DNA of 64,000 nucleotides from Squalus acanthias (lineage: Eukaryota). A program made the position numbers and the translations under genes. Location of the stretch: the NCBI GenBank assembly GCA_030390025.1, contig CM059431.1, positions 148,182,001 to 148,246,000 of the forward strand. The letters are read 5' to 3'. This document shows positions 34,845-47,264 of the stretch, piece after piece; positions within the stretch are counted from its first letter, which is position 1; every line of letters begins with the position of its first letter. The notes beneath the pieces are model-generated. The model saw only the letters and a list, made by a program, of their open reading frames with translations. It ran no database searches and was not told the origin of the DNA.

Positions 34845-36020
34845 TTTTATTCATTCTTGGAATGTGGATGTCGTTGGCAATGCCACCATTTATTGTCCAT
34901 CCATAATTGTCCTGGAGAAGGTGGTGGTGAGCCACCTTATACAACTGAGTGGCTTGCTAGGCCATTTTAGAGGGCAGCGAAGAGACAACGACATTGCTGT
35001 TGGTCTGGCGTCACATTGTGGACACAATGGGCTGGATTTTGATACTGGGGCGGGTTGGGGTCGTGTCATCCGCATTTCGTGTTATCCACCCGACTGCAAT
35101 TGGTTGTGGGAGATTGATGCAATTTTCACCTATTTGAGTTCAAGCATGTGGGAACCCATGAACCAATTAGTGTTTTCAGTCTGAAAGTCGCCTTTGATGA
35201 TGTCATCATTGCTGCTGCATTGAAGGTCAGAGACTGTCTGGCCTTTGCTGTGAGAGGACCTGGATGCAAAATGTGCAAGAGAGAGCGAGAGAGAGAGAGA
35301 GAGATAGAGAGATTGAGATTTGTTGCATCCAGGTCCTCTCATAGCAAAGGCCAGGCAGTCTCCGAAGACCTTCAATGCAGCAGCATCAGAGGCGACTATC
35401 AGACCTAATACTACGACTACATTCATCACATCTCCGGTGTAATAGTGGACCTGCAGCTCATAGTCAGCTATCCAAATGCGCTCCCGCCAGGTTTCACCAT
35501 CGTGGTTCAGAACAGGCGTGCTTCACGTAGATCAAGGGTTAAAATCAGAAAGGCCTTTCAAAATGGCATTATAGAGCCAATTTAGTGCTTGTTACGGGCC
35601 TTAACAGCCTATCCCGTCTCTTAAAGGCAGGATGGAGTCGGGACCATCAGACACGATTTAATGAAAATTGCGTGTAGGCGGGATGGAGGCGGACTTGTGC
35701 CCGCCCGCCAGTTTTCGCAATTTTAACACCCCCACCCCCCCCCCCCCCCACACACGCCACCAAACCCGCCTGCACGGGTCAATGAAAATCCAGCCCAATC
35801 TATAAGGACGGCAGATTTCATTCCCGAAAGGACAATAGTGAACCAGATGTGTTTTTACGACAATCCGGTAGTTTCATGGTCACCATTACTGATGCAATCT
35901 TTTTTCCAGATTTGTTTGATGAATTTAATTTAAATTCCCCAGCTGGTGGGATTTGAACTCAGGATTATTCGTCCCGGCGTCTTATTTACTTGTCCAGCAA
36001 CATAACCACTATGTAACTGT
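34845..36020 (-). mobile_element. tRNA-derived SINE sharing its 3' end with the second LINE family, interrupted by a MITE
   Basis: B-box-like GAGTTCAAATCCC on the minus strand (~35950) and 3' GATGGACAATAAATGGTGGCATTGCCAACGAC. Uninterrupted mirror at 46805-47205. Confidence 0.7.
35029..35796. mobile_element. MITE, PIF/Harbinger-like
   Basis: Perfect 12-bp TIR GGGCTGGATTTT / AAAATCCAGCCC; 3-bp TSD AAT; empty site at ~47022; internal long hairpin. Confidence 0.88.
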
Positions 36021-36479
36021 AGCCTTCAAATATATCGCTATTCCTTCATCGGGACTGTGTCAAAAGCCTGAAATTCCTTCCGTAACAGTAACACCTTCAC
36101 CACACGGACTGCAGCGGTTCACGATGAAGTCCCAGCATTTGCTCATGGGTAACTAGGGATGGGATTGTAAATCCGGTCTTGACAGCGTCACCCATATCCT
36201 GAGAACAAATAAATATAAATAATAAAATGGGATTAAAATCACTGATGTTGAAATTCACTGATTGAAACCAGGCGAGGCCTGTGATCAGAATGGATAGTCA
36301 TGGTCCGCCAAACAAATTGTCAACACAACTTGCCTCACCAATTCTATGGTTTTATGATTGATAATACTCACACTGTGCCAATTTCCCTAGCCTTTCAAAA
36401 GGTGCTTGATAAAGTACCACCTATTACCAAAGTTGAAGCCCTTGGGATTAAAGTGGCAGTGGCAACAGTGCGAGGTATA

Positions 36480-37060
36480 TCAGTATTACAGTGAGTGGTG
36501 TGGAGAGTAACAGTCCAGAGTATGGCATGTATCAGAGTGTTACAGTGAGGGGTGTGGGGTATATCAGAGTGTTAGAGTGAGGGGTGTGGGGTATATCAGA
36601 GTGTTACATTGAGTAGCGCGGGGTACATCAGAGTGTTACATTGAGGGGCTTTGGATATATCAGAAGATTTCAGTGACGGGTGTTGGGTATATCAGAGTGT
36701 TACATTGAGTAGTGTGGGGTATATCAGTGTGTTAGAGTGAGGGGTGTGGGTTATATCAGAGTGTTACATTGAGTAGTGTGGGGTATATCAGAGTGTTACA
36801 TTGAGGGGCTTGGGGTATTTCAGAGTATTTCAGTGAGGGGTGTGGGGTATATCAGAGTGCTACAGTAAGGGGTATATCAGGGAGTTACAGTGAGGGCTGT
36901 CGGGTATAGCGGTCTGGTAAAGTGAAGGGTGGGTTTGCTATAACAGAGTGTTATTGTCAGGGTAGTGGAATATATCAGAGTGTTACAGTAGAGGTGTGGG
37001 TTATATCTGAGTGTTACAGCGAGGGGTGTCCGGTATTTCAGTGTTATAGTGACGGATGCG
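36480..37060. repeat. 32-bp minisatellite (GTGTTACAGTGAGGGGTGTGGGGTATATCAGA)
   Basis: Tandem units that resume at 39875-40175; reverse complement at 45083-46345. Confidence 0.9.
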
Positions 37061-37238
37061 TGGTAGATTCCAACAAGAAGGAAGGGGAAGGGAAACAAAG
37101 CAAGGGCTCCTTGGATGATGAGGTAGATAGAGAAGATGATGAAACAAAAAAAAGAGGGTGCATGATGCATGTCAGGCGAATTCTTCAAGGGTTAACCATA
37201 TCAAATACAATAAGTTGAGATGATGATATAAATACAAT

Positions 37239-38004
37239 GGCCCAGAAATTCGGGTCGGAGGCTTCCCGCATGTGCAAGCATAGCTGGTGCACTTACATAG
37301 CGTGCCTGCTGCTGTGCTGTGGGCCCGCATGGGATTCCAATCCTGGGCCTCCTCCAGCTGCCGGTGTGCAGTGCTCACGTATCCCAACGACGAAGCCCGT
37401 TCGCAGCATCTCCTGGGATCACGTGGGCCATGGGGAGCCAATCGGAGCAGGGAATCTCCATTCATAGATTTGACAGGAAGACCTGACAAATCTATGAATA
37501 GAGATCGGCCCCAAAACCTAAGTAAAAGTTCAAATATATATATTTTTAAAAAATCACTTTTTTAAAATAACTATACATTAAATAAATTAACTACTTTAAA
37601 TAAAAATTTGAACTTTTGGAAACATTTATTAAAGTTTTTAACGGGGCTAAAAATAAACTTACCTTTCTTTAAAGTATTTAAAAATGATAAAACTGTGGAA
37701 AAATTGTTTCAATTTTACTTAATTCACCTCTTAACTTGTTAAAAGCAGGCCTTGCGCCTGCTTTTTCCACGCGCAGCTACTAGGGACTTACCCGCACGAG
37801 AAACCTGTAAAAAAAGACAAAGTTCGATGCGTACGCGCTGCCTCTCCGGCGCACGTGTTTGACGTGTGAAACCCTTCCTTCAAGGGAATGGAAGTTCCGG
37901 TTTCCCGCGTATGCGCATTGCATGCACAAAACCGTCACTTTCGTTGGCCTTACGGGTGTGTACACAATGCGTACTCACCCGTGGAGACGCGAAATATCTG
38001 GGCC
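37239..38004. mobile_element. MITE of the same family as 24247-24925
   Basis: GGCCCAGAAATT ... AATATCTGGGCC termini, AAT on both flanks, AT-rich core. Confidence 0.8.
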
Positions 38005-38009
38005 AATAA

Positions 38010-39875
38010 GTGAAGATGGAAATAAGATTGGCAAAGAGAGAATATGAGAGTAAATTGGCGATTAAAATAAAAGGGAACCCAAAAATCTTCTACTGGCATG
38101 TAAACAGTAAGCGGGTAATAAGAGGCGGGGTGGGGCCGATTAGGGACAAAGAACGTGATATATGCTTAGAGTTGAAGGGCAAGGCTAGAATACACAATGA
38201 CTACTTTGTATCGGTGTTTACTAATGTAGTGGATGCTGACAAAATATCGGTAGAAGTGGAAAAGGTAGAAGCAATGGAAGGGCTGATAATTGACAGACAG
38301 GATGTACTAGAAAGGCTGGGTATGCTTAGAGTTTATAAGTCGCCTGGTCCAGATGGCTTGCATCCCAGGTTACTAAGGGAATGGGGGGAGGAGCTTGCCA
38401 TAAATTGCCAATCTTCCCGAGATGCGGGGGAGGTGCCTGAGCATTGGAAACTGGCAAATGTGACACCATTGTTCAAGAAAGGGTGTAAGGACAATCCAAG
38501 TAACTACAGGCTGGTCAGTTTAACATCAGTGGTGGGTAATGTTTCAGAAACAATAGTCAAGGAAAAACTAATGTGTACTTGGCTAGGTTTAAGCTAATTA
38601 CGAAGACCCAACACGGATTTGTAAAAGACAGTTCGTGTTTGATTAATGCAATTGAATTTCTTGATGAAGTAACATGGAGGAATGATGAAGGGAATAAAAT
38701 GGATGTTGTCTACATGGATTTTAGGAAGGCGTTTGACAAAGTACCAGATAGTAGGCTCATTAACAAAATTGAGGCTCATGGAATAGGTGTGTCAGTGACA
38801 GATTGGATAAGGAATTGGCTTAAGGACAGAAAACAGCGAGTTGTGGTAAATGGCTGTTTTTCAGAATGGAGGATGGTAGACAGTGGTGTCCCCCAAGTGT
38901 CACTGCTGGGGCCACAGCTTTTTTGATACATATAAATTACTTGGATATTGGAATACAGAGTATAATTTCTAAATTTGCTGATGACATCAAACTTGGCAAA
39001 CAGTGAGGATGATACCAATCGATTGCAACAGGCCATAGAAAGGCTATCAGAATGGGCAGACAAGTGGCAGATGGAGTTTAATACAGAGAAAAATGAGGTG
39101 ATGCATTTTGGCAGAGGGAACAGGGAAAGGCAATATTCACATAATGGCATAGTTTTAATGAGTATGCAGGTACAGAGGGACCTGGGAGTTAATGAGCATA
39201 GGTCCCTGAAGGTGGCAGCAGATATTGAGAGAATGGTTAGCAAAGCATTTGGGAACTTGGGCTACATAAATAGAGGTATTGAGGAGAAAAGTAGAGAAGT
39301 TATGCTGAAACGTTATAAAGCGCTGGATAGGCCACAACTGGAGTATTGCATCCATTTATGGTCACCACCCTATAGGAAGGATGTGAAGCCCTTGAGAGGG
39401 CGCAGAGGAGATTTACCAGAATGGTTCCGGGGATATGGGATCTTAGCTACAAGGACAGGTTGGAGAAACTGAATTTATTGTCATTAGAGCAAAGGAGGTT
39501 GAGGGGTGATTTGTTAGATGTGTACAAGATTAGGACGGGTTTGGATAGGCTAGACAGAGAAATGCTGTTCCCACTAGTTGATGGTACAAGGACTATGGCA
39601 CGCAGATTCAAGGTTTTGGGCAAGAGATACAAACTGTTTTATGCAGCTAGTGGTGAAGACCTGGAACTCGCTGCTGACAGAAGTGGTGGAAGCAGAGACA
39701 CTCAATGTTTTCAAGGGGAGACTGGATAGGCACTTGAGGGAAATACATTTGCAGGGCTACGGGGATAGAGCGGGTGGATGGGGCTGACTGGATTGCTCTA
39801 CAGAGAGCCGGCACCGAGTCGATGGGCCGAATGGCCTCCTTCTGTGCCATTATGACACTATGACTCTATGACTCT
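38010..39875 (+). mobile_element. Decayed 5'-truncated CR1 LINE (third family)
   Basis: RT fragments KSPGPDGLHP, NYRLVSLTS, DFRKAFDKVP and GVPQ; (GACTCTAT)n tail. Confidence 0.9.
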
Positions 39876-40175
39876 ATATCAGTGTTACAGTGAGGGGTGT
39901 GGAGTATATCCGTGTTACAGTGAGGAGTGTGGCGTACATCAGTGTTACAGTGAGGAGTGTGGGCTACCGACGTCTGCTACAGTAAGGGATATGAGGTATA
40001 TCAGAGTGCTACAGTGATGGATGTGTGTTATTTCAGTTTTACAGTTTGGGTGTGTGGTATATCAGAGTGTTACATTTTGGATGTGGGGAATGTCATTGTG
40101 TGACCGTGAGAAGTCTAGGGGATATCAGAGTGATAAAGTGACTGGTGTGTGTTATATCAGATTGTTACAGTGAAG
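39875..40175. repeat. 32-bp minisatellite, continuation
   Basis: Same unit and orientation as 36480-37060. Confidence 0.8.
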
Positions 40176-40255
40176 GAAGTCCCTTTTTTTGTTTTACAAT
40201 AACACATCAGTATTAAGAGTCTGAACTATATAAAACGAAGGGATTATTCTGGCCA

Positions 40256-41503
40256 ATGATCGGGATTCTGCTATTCCACATCAGCCTATTCGGCATATGG
40301 GACAAACACTATTTTCCCTATAATATGTCGATTGCATTTGCCCTGGAGACACCACCGCGGGACGCCACTGGATATATTACCCTCCAGTACATCAATGGTG
40401 ATTGTGAAATCGCGTATTCAGTGACAGTATGGGTTACCACTGGTGAGGTCTAGGATGGTCGGGAGGGTAGGCATAAACTGCAAAGAACTCCCCAACTGGG
40501 CAAGGGAGTGGTTCTTACAAGCAGAACCAAGTGACCATTCAAGGTACTATCAGATAGGGAACCCTCGGGGGAATGGAGGAAGCTCGACCCAATCCCGAGC
40601 AGTGGGAGACACTCTGTTATGTTGCCCACAGTGGTGGCAGGAGCATGAGGGAATCTATGGATGCATAAATCCTTCGGGGACACAGAGCCGCTTTGTGGAG
40701 CTCCCGTCCACTGGATAGGCGGGAAAAGTATCCAAGCGAATGGAACAGATGACAGGGGTCCCGACCGATGGTTCGTGGACAGGGAGGGAAGGCCGTGTAG
40801 GGGTTCGAAGGGGTGCTCACATTATCATATGCAGGAATGTAAAAACAGAATAATACACACGGTGGAATTGAAATCCATCCTAAACTCCCCACCCCACCCG
40901 CACGAACAGATCACAACCGCGGGAAGAACAAAAGGAAACCCGGGCTGTCTGTCCCAAACACACCCCGGGACCGGCAAATAGGTTAGAGCTAATCCCAACT
41001 CGGATGATATTGTACCATGATGTGCATCATGAAGTGATACCTGTAATGTTAAATCTGACCGAGGTGGGACTGCCAAACTGGTGCAAACCAGAAACAGCGC
41101 TGTGATATGGGAGAATGATGCGGGAATTAATCGAGGGATTTTGGGAAAGGTCCAACACAACCCTGGCGGAATCGGAATTAGAGCCGTTATATCGCAAGGA
41201 CTCAGGGGATGGTAATGGATTTAACAATAACTTTGGGGAAAAGAGTACCGAGATCATTGAAGACAATTGTGTTGGTTACGGGGTTACAGGGGACCATATC
41301 AGAACACCACGGGGCCTGATAAATGATGCAGACATTGCTTTTAATACCGGGACCTCCCTCGTTAATAGCCTTGATTTGGCTCATTTGGATCAATCCGTAA
41401 AGGCAGTTAGAAATCGTTTAAGGGAAATTTTGAATAAAATGAATGGTCTGTAACAGTAGGAATTAAAGGAGGACCAAATTACGACCATTTATCGACAGGA
41501 TAT
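40256..41503 (+). pseudogene. Decayed env-like glycoprotein gene, N-terminal part
   Basis: Hydrophobic leader MIGILLFHISLFGIW, Cys/Trp-rich fragments, then RTPR|GLINDADIAFNTGTSLVNSLDLAHLDQSVKAVRNRLREIL (furin-like site and heptad repeat). Multiple frameshifts. Confidence 0.65.
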
Positions 41504-42647
41504 TGTATGGGGTAGTAATGGGGTCAGCCCTCGCCTTCTGACTCAGTGAGCGGTTCGACTCGCTCCCACGCCCCTGGTTCCTAGACTTTGGACTTATTTA
41601 GGGGTTGTGAACAAAAATGCACGAGACAACAGGTTGTGCTGCAAGAATTTTGACTTTATGAAAAGAAAAAGGTAACAAACTTAAAACACACTTAATACTT
41701 AAACACAGATTGGGGACCACACGGTACAGGTGAGGGCCAACAACAATATACCAAACAAAAATCTTATCCCTCCCAAAGATCCCACTATTTAGCTAGGTTT
41801 TTGGTTTCAGGAGATCAGGGATAATGCTCACCAACGATTCCTTGACAGGATTTTAGAGTCTTTTGATTGAAAGATTTCGTAAGGCCCTTGTTGCTGCGAG
41901 GTGTCCGATGATCACTGAGGCAGCCGCTCTGGTTTCTTCTTGTTTGATGGTCTGTTTGCTGGCCTTCCTCCTCGTGGCTTGCAGTGGTTTTGCTGGAGCA
42001 GGGAGAGAGCTGTGCCAGCGTTGTCAGCGAGTCCAAAAGAGAAAGAGTCTTGGGACAGGCTTCAATTATATTGTCTTTTTCCCGCCCAAAACCCCTTCTA
42101 AAACGGTTTCCGTTAGGTTGCAAATGAGCACTGTCAAGTCCATTGTCTAGTTTTGGGGGGCTTGCCAGTTCCGATGGCTTTAAGCTCAGTGTTAAACATG
42201 TCCTGATCGTTTTCCGATTTAACACAGCCTTATCTACGCGCCAAATCTCAACCCTATTGTCCTAGGTCTATTGGTGGGCTTTTAAATCTGTCCTGTGGAT
42301 ACCTGGTTGATGGGTTTTTGATGAAGTCCTAAATGTTTTATTGATTTCAAAAGAGGTCTTGGATTATTCATTTCGATGTGTTGTGAGGCTTTGGGGTTTT
42401 GTCTTTTCCTCCTTGATAGGAAGGCAGTGCAAACACACTGCAGACAGCTTACTACACTGACTGGACACGCCCCTCTGCAGCCTGTGTGTCTGTGAAAGGT
42501 GTCTTTCCCTACAGTAAGATTCCAAAAGTCATTTTCCTCAGGGTTTTCTTCTTGTGATCTTTAAAAATGTCCAAAATTAAGGGTTTTACTCAAATCACTT
42601 CACTTAGGATTCTGTTCGAGTTTCTGGGGGATTTTGCGAAGCCTATA
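41504..42647 (-). mobile_element. 3' LTR of an env-bearing LTR element
   Basis: TGTA...TATA termini; ends resemble the 30212-31837 LTR (TGTA.GGGG ... GATTTTGCGAA); polypurine tract AAAGTGGGGGA abuts it on the minus strand (42648-42658). Confidence 0.78.
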
Positions 42648-42927
42648 TCCCCCACTTTGATACTAAAGCTGAATTAGTGTAATTAACAGGTGACCAAAAT
42701 TTCTGATCCCCGAAAACCAACCTTCCCCTGTATTACCTAAACTAAAAACCCAAACATACATTCCCCTGTTAAAAGTGGTGTTTCAGGTACATACAGGTAA
42801 GAATCAATCTTTATTTCACATCCAAGCACGGAGAGGGTCCGACACCCCTGCACAGTTGGAAAACACATCATACCCATCATAAAAATGACACAACACACCT
42901 ACAATTTTTTTTATTAAAGTACAAAAT

Positions 42928-44390
42928 TCAAGGTTCGTTCCATCCCTGGCCATAGCCTTCATTTTGATGCTCTTCCCAAGTCCCTTCGTGTCTGGAACGG
43001 AGCTCCCGGTCCCTTCCCCTGCACTTTGTACACAGCAGGTAGAGATCTATCCCGAGCTGGCAGACCACCAAAAGATGGGAAGCCATCCTGATCCAGCAAG
43101 GCAATTCTATATTCTCGAAAATATCCCACCAGTGTGGAACTATTTTATCCAAAATCTCTGCCCCAATTTCAACTGTTTTCTGTTCCAGGGTGTAGAAATG
43201 TTTTTGTGAAATCTCGACAGCTTTAAGTAGGATGGTAAGATGTTCGGGTAGAGGGGGAATTTTATATCCAAAGTAAATCACATACTTTTGCAGGTTGGTG
43301 ATGTTTTCTGTTACAGTGAGGTGAACAGTGGAGGGTCACGAATGGGGACAATCCGTTCTTGGCCAATTAAACTTCTGCCTCTGGTTTAAAGCAGAAACTT
43401 CTGTCACTAACCGGACACCAGAAGTGTCCATGCTGGTAGTGGGACGCACCTGTGGTGACACAATATATCCCACCCCCTATATATGCTACCTGTGGGGAAA
43501 CATGGCCATGTGCCATCACCTCCATCGTACAGTTTATAGGTCGTGTGCCAGCAGCTTTAAACCCGCACTGTGGTTTAGAATAGGCGGTCAAGTGCTGGGG
43601 ACACAGTATTATGTGTGAACCCCGGCTCTGGCACCCGGAGAGGTCAATACCTGTCATGGCGTGCTCCCACTTTATGACATAAGGTGGGACCGCTTTAAAA
43701 CGGATGTGTGCACCCCCTTGAATGACTCCAATGTTCTCCACCCTGTATACCGGTACGGGTCGGGCTGTCCCACTCATGACCGGCATTCTCACTACTATCT
43801 CCATGATAGTGTGATTGGAATGCCCACAATCTATTGGGACAGGGTAGGCTTCAGAGGCTAGACGAAAGTGCCATGGGCTCAGCGAATTACTAAACGGGTG
43901 GAGGGCGGAGAGGTGCCGGTTGCTGATCCAGGAGGAGACTAAACCTTGCTTTAAATCCTCCAGGTTGCTACGGCCCTCGCCCAGCAACCATGCCCCGTAC
44001 AGCACACACACCTCATTCTGTGCAGCCTGATCCGATGCATTCCTATCCTCCCGTATGAGTGCATTTACTGTTTTGGCATGCCTTTCCAATTCTGCAATAA
44101 TTTCCTTTAAATGAACCGTCATAGCTTGGTCCTCATGTAGCACTGAGCCTACCAATGTGTTCCCATACTTCAGATCTTTCTTAACTGGGTTTTTAAACCA
44201 TTTATCTGTTTCTGTAATTCCATGTCATCCAGGCTATTTATTACAGAGGATCCTGTACTATAGGCAGTGAAAACATCATTCCAGGCACTCCTTCTTTGTC
44301 TACCCGTGCCCATAGGGTTCTCAGGGTGTATTCTTTTACAGGAACAGAGCAACGTCACCCTGTTAGGAATGGTATAGTATTATCCCTTTC
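42928..44390 (-). pseudogene. Decayed env-like fusion glycoprotein gene, cleavage site to TM/cytoplasmic tail
   Basis: Three frameshifted ORFs: RQRR|SAWNDVFTAYSTGSSVINSLD + heptad repeat; Cys-rich domain (43367-44155); HWWDIF + hydrophobic anchor (42928-43281). Lies upstream of the PPT and LTR. Confidence 0.75.
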
Positions 44391-44398
44391 TGCCCGAT

Positions 44399-45080
44399 AC
44401 TGATGATATAAAGCTTGGTGAGACAGTAATCTGTGAGGAGAACACAAAGAGTCTGTAAAGGGATATAGATAGACAAAGTGGTTGGCAGTAATTTGGCAGA
44501 TGGAGTATAATGTAGGGAATTGTGAGGTTATTCACTTTGGTAGGAAGAATACAAAAACAGTATTTATTTTAAATGGTGAGAAACTTTCAAATGTTGGTGT
44601 TCAGAGAGAATTGGGTTTCCTCGTGCAAGAAACACAGAAATTCAGCATGCAGGTACAGCAAGCAATAAGGAAGGCAAATGGCATGTTGTCCTTTATTGCA
44701 AGGGGGATGAAGTATCAGTGTAAGGAAGTCTTGCTACAATTGTACAGGGCCTTGGTGAGACCACACCTGGAGTACCGTGCACAGTTCTGGTCTCCTTATC
44801 TAAGGAAGAATATACTTGCCTTGGAGGCGGTGCAACGAAGGTTCACTAGATTGATTCCTGGGATGAGAGGGCTGTCCTATGATGGGAGATTGTGTAGAAT
44901 GTACCCATACTTTCCGGAGTTTAGAAGAATGAGAGGTGATCTCATTGAAACATACAAGATTCTGAAGGGGATTGACAGGGTAAATGCTGAGAGGTTGTTT
45001 CCCCTGGCTGGAGTATCTAGAACTAGGGGGCATATCTCCGGATATGAGGTCGGCCATTTAAGACTGAGATGAGGAGGAAT
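44399..45080 (+). mobile_element. CR1 RT C-terminal fragment truncated at both ends
   Basis: WQMEYNV...LVRPHLEY...RGDLIETYKI; stops abruptly at the minisatellite. Confidence 0.88.
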
Positions 45081-45082
45081 TG

Positions 45083-46345
45083 ATATACCCCACACCCCTC
45101 ACTGTAACACTCTGATATACCCCACTCCCCTCACTGTAACACTCTCATATACCCAACACCCTCACTCTAACATCTGATATACTCTACACCCCTAACTGAA
45201 TCACACTCTGATATTCTCCACACCCTTCAATGTAACACTGTGATATACCCCAAACCCCTCACTGTAACACCTTGATAGACCCCACATCTCTCACTTTAAC
45301 TCTCTCATATACCGCAAACCCCTCACTGTAACACTCTGATATAAAGGCCACACCCCTCACTGTAACACTCTCATATACACCACACACCTCACTGTAACAC
45401 TCAGATATACACCACACCCCTCACTGTAACACTCTGATATACACAACACCCCTCACTGTATCACTCTGCTGTACTCCATACCCCTCAATGTAACACTCTG
45501 ATATACCCCACACCTCTCACTTTAACTCTCCTATATACCGCAAACCCCTCACTGTAACACTCTGATATAAAAGCCACACCCTTCACTTCAACAATCTGAT
45601 ATAAGTCACACCCCTCACTGTAACACGCTGATTTACACCACGCCCCTCGCTGTAACACACTGATATACCCCACACCTATCACTGCAACAATCTGATATAC
45701 CCCACACCCCTCACTGTAACAAACTGATATACCCCACACCCATAACTGTAATCCTTTGATGTAACCCACACCTCACACTCTAAATCTCTGATATAACCCA
45801 AACCGCTCAGTTTAACAAACTGATACATGCCACACTCTGGACTATTACTCCTCACACAACTCTCATTATAATACGGATATAGCTACCTCAACTAACTGTA
45901 ACTCACCCATATATCCACCACCCCCCTCACTGGAACTCTCTGATACTCCCCACACCCCTCACTGCAACCCTCTGATACATGCCATACTCTGGACTGTTAC
46001 TCGCCACACCACTCACTGTAATACTGATATACCCCAAACCCCTCACTGTAGCACTCTGATATACCCCACATCCCTCACTGTAACAACTGATACATGCCCT
46101 GCTCTGGACTGTTACTCTCCACACCACTCACTGTAATACTGATATACCCCACATCCCTCACTGCAATCCTCAGATATACCCGAAACCCCTCACTCTAAGA
46201 TCTGATACATGCCATACTCTGGGCTGTTACTCTCCACACCAGTCACTGTAATACTGATATACCCCACACCCCTCACTGTAGCACTCTGATACATGCCATA
46301 CTCTGGACTGTTACTCTCCACATCCCTCACTGTAATACTGATATA
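45083..46345. repeat. 32-bp minisatellite, reverse orientation
   Basis: (CTGATATACCCCACACCCCTCACTGTAACACT)n. Confidence 0.9.
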
Positions 46346-46804
46346 CCTCGCACTTTTGCCATTGCCACTTTAATCCCATGGGATTCAACTTTGTTAATAT
46401 ATGGTACTTTATCAAGCACCTTTTGATAGGTTAGGGAAATTGGAAAAGTGTGAGTAGCATCATTCATAAAACCATAGAATTGGTGAGACAAGTTGTGTTG
46501 ACAATTTGTTTGGCGGACGATGACGACCCGCTCTGATCACAGGATTCGCCTGGTTTCAATCAGTGAATTTGAAAATCAGTGATTTTAATCCCATTTTATT
46601 ATTTATATTTATTTGCTCTGAGGATATGGGTGACGCTGTCAAGACCGGAATTACATTCCCATCCCTAGTTACCCATTGGCAAATGCTGGGCCTTCATCTT
46701 GAGCCGCTGCAGTCCGTGTGGTGAAGGTGTTACTGTTACGGAAGGAATTTCAGGCTTTTGACCCAGTCCCGATGAAGGTACGGCGATATATATGAAGGCT
46801 ACAG

Positions 46805-47205
46805 TTACATAGTGGTTATGTTGCTGAACAAGTAAATACGATGCCGGGACGAATAATCCTGAGTTGAAATCCCACCAGCTGGGGAATTTAAATACAATTC
46901 ATCAAACACATCTGGAAAAAAGATTGAGTCAGTAATGGTGACCATGAAACGACCGGATGGTCGTAAAAACACATCTGGTTCACTATTGTCCTTTACGGAA
47001 GGACATCTGCCGTCCTTATATATTTTGTCCGAAATGTGACTCCAGACCCACAGCAATGTCGTTGTCTCTTCGCTGCCCTCTGAAATTGCCAAGCAAGCCA
47101 CTCAGTTGTATAAGGTGGCTCAGCACCAACTTCTCCGCGACAATTATGGATGGACAATAAATGGTGGCCTTGCCAGCGACATCCACATCCGAAGAATGAA
47201 TTAAA
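46805..47205 (+). mobile_element. tRNA-derived SINE (uninterrupted paralogue)
   Basis: Mirror of 34845-36020 lacking the MITE. Confidence 0.7.
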
Positions 47206-47264
47206 AAAATATTTATTAGTGTTCATAATGATTTATAAAGGGTTATAATGTAATATTTTATTTT

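Larger units (their letters stand above)
9170..40175 (+). other. Left arm of a large inverted segmental duplication
   Basis: Colinear reverse-complement matches, e.g. 10610/62812, 11034-11249/62175-62390, 21980/56833, 24981-25882/53458-54359, 36300-36480/46350-46520. Confidence 0.93.

Noticed and set aside
37060..37235. Acidic ORF piece (DDEVDREDDE) as a transposase tail
   Set aside because: Too short, no catalytic motif; cannot be supported.
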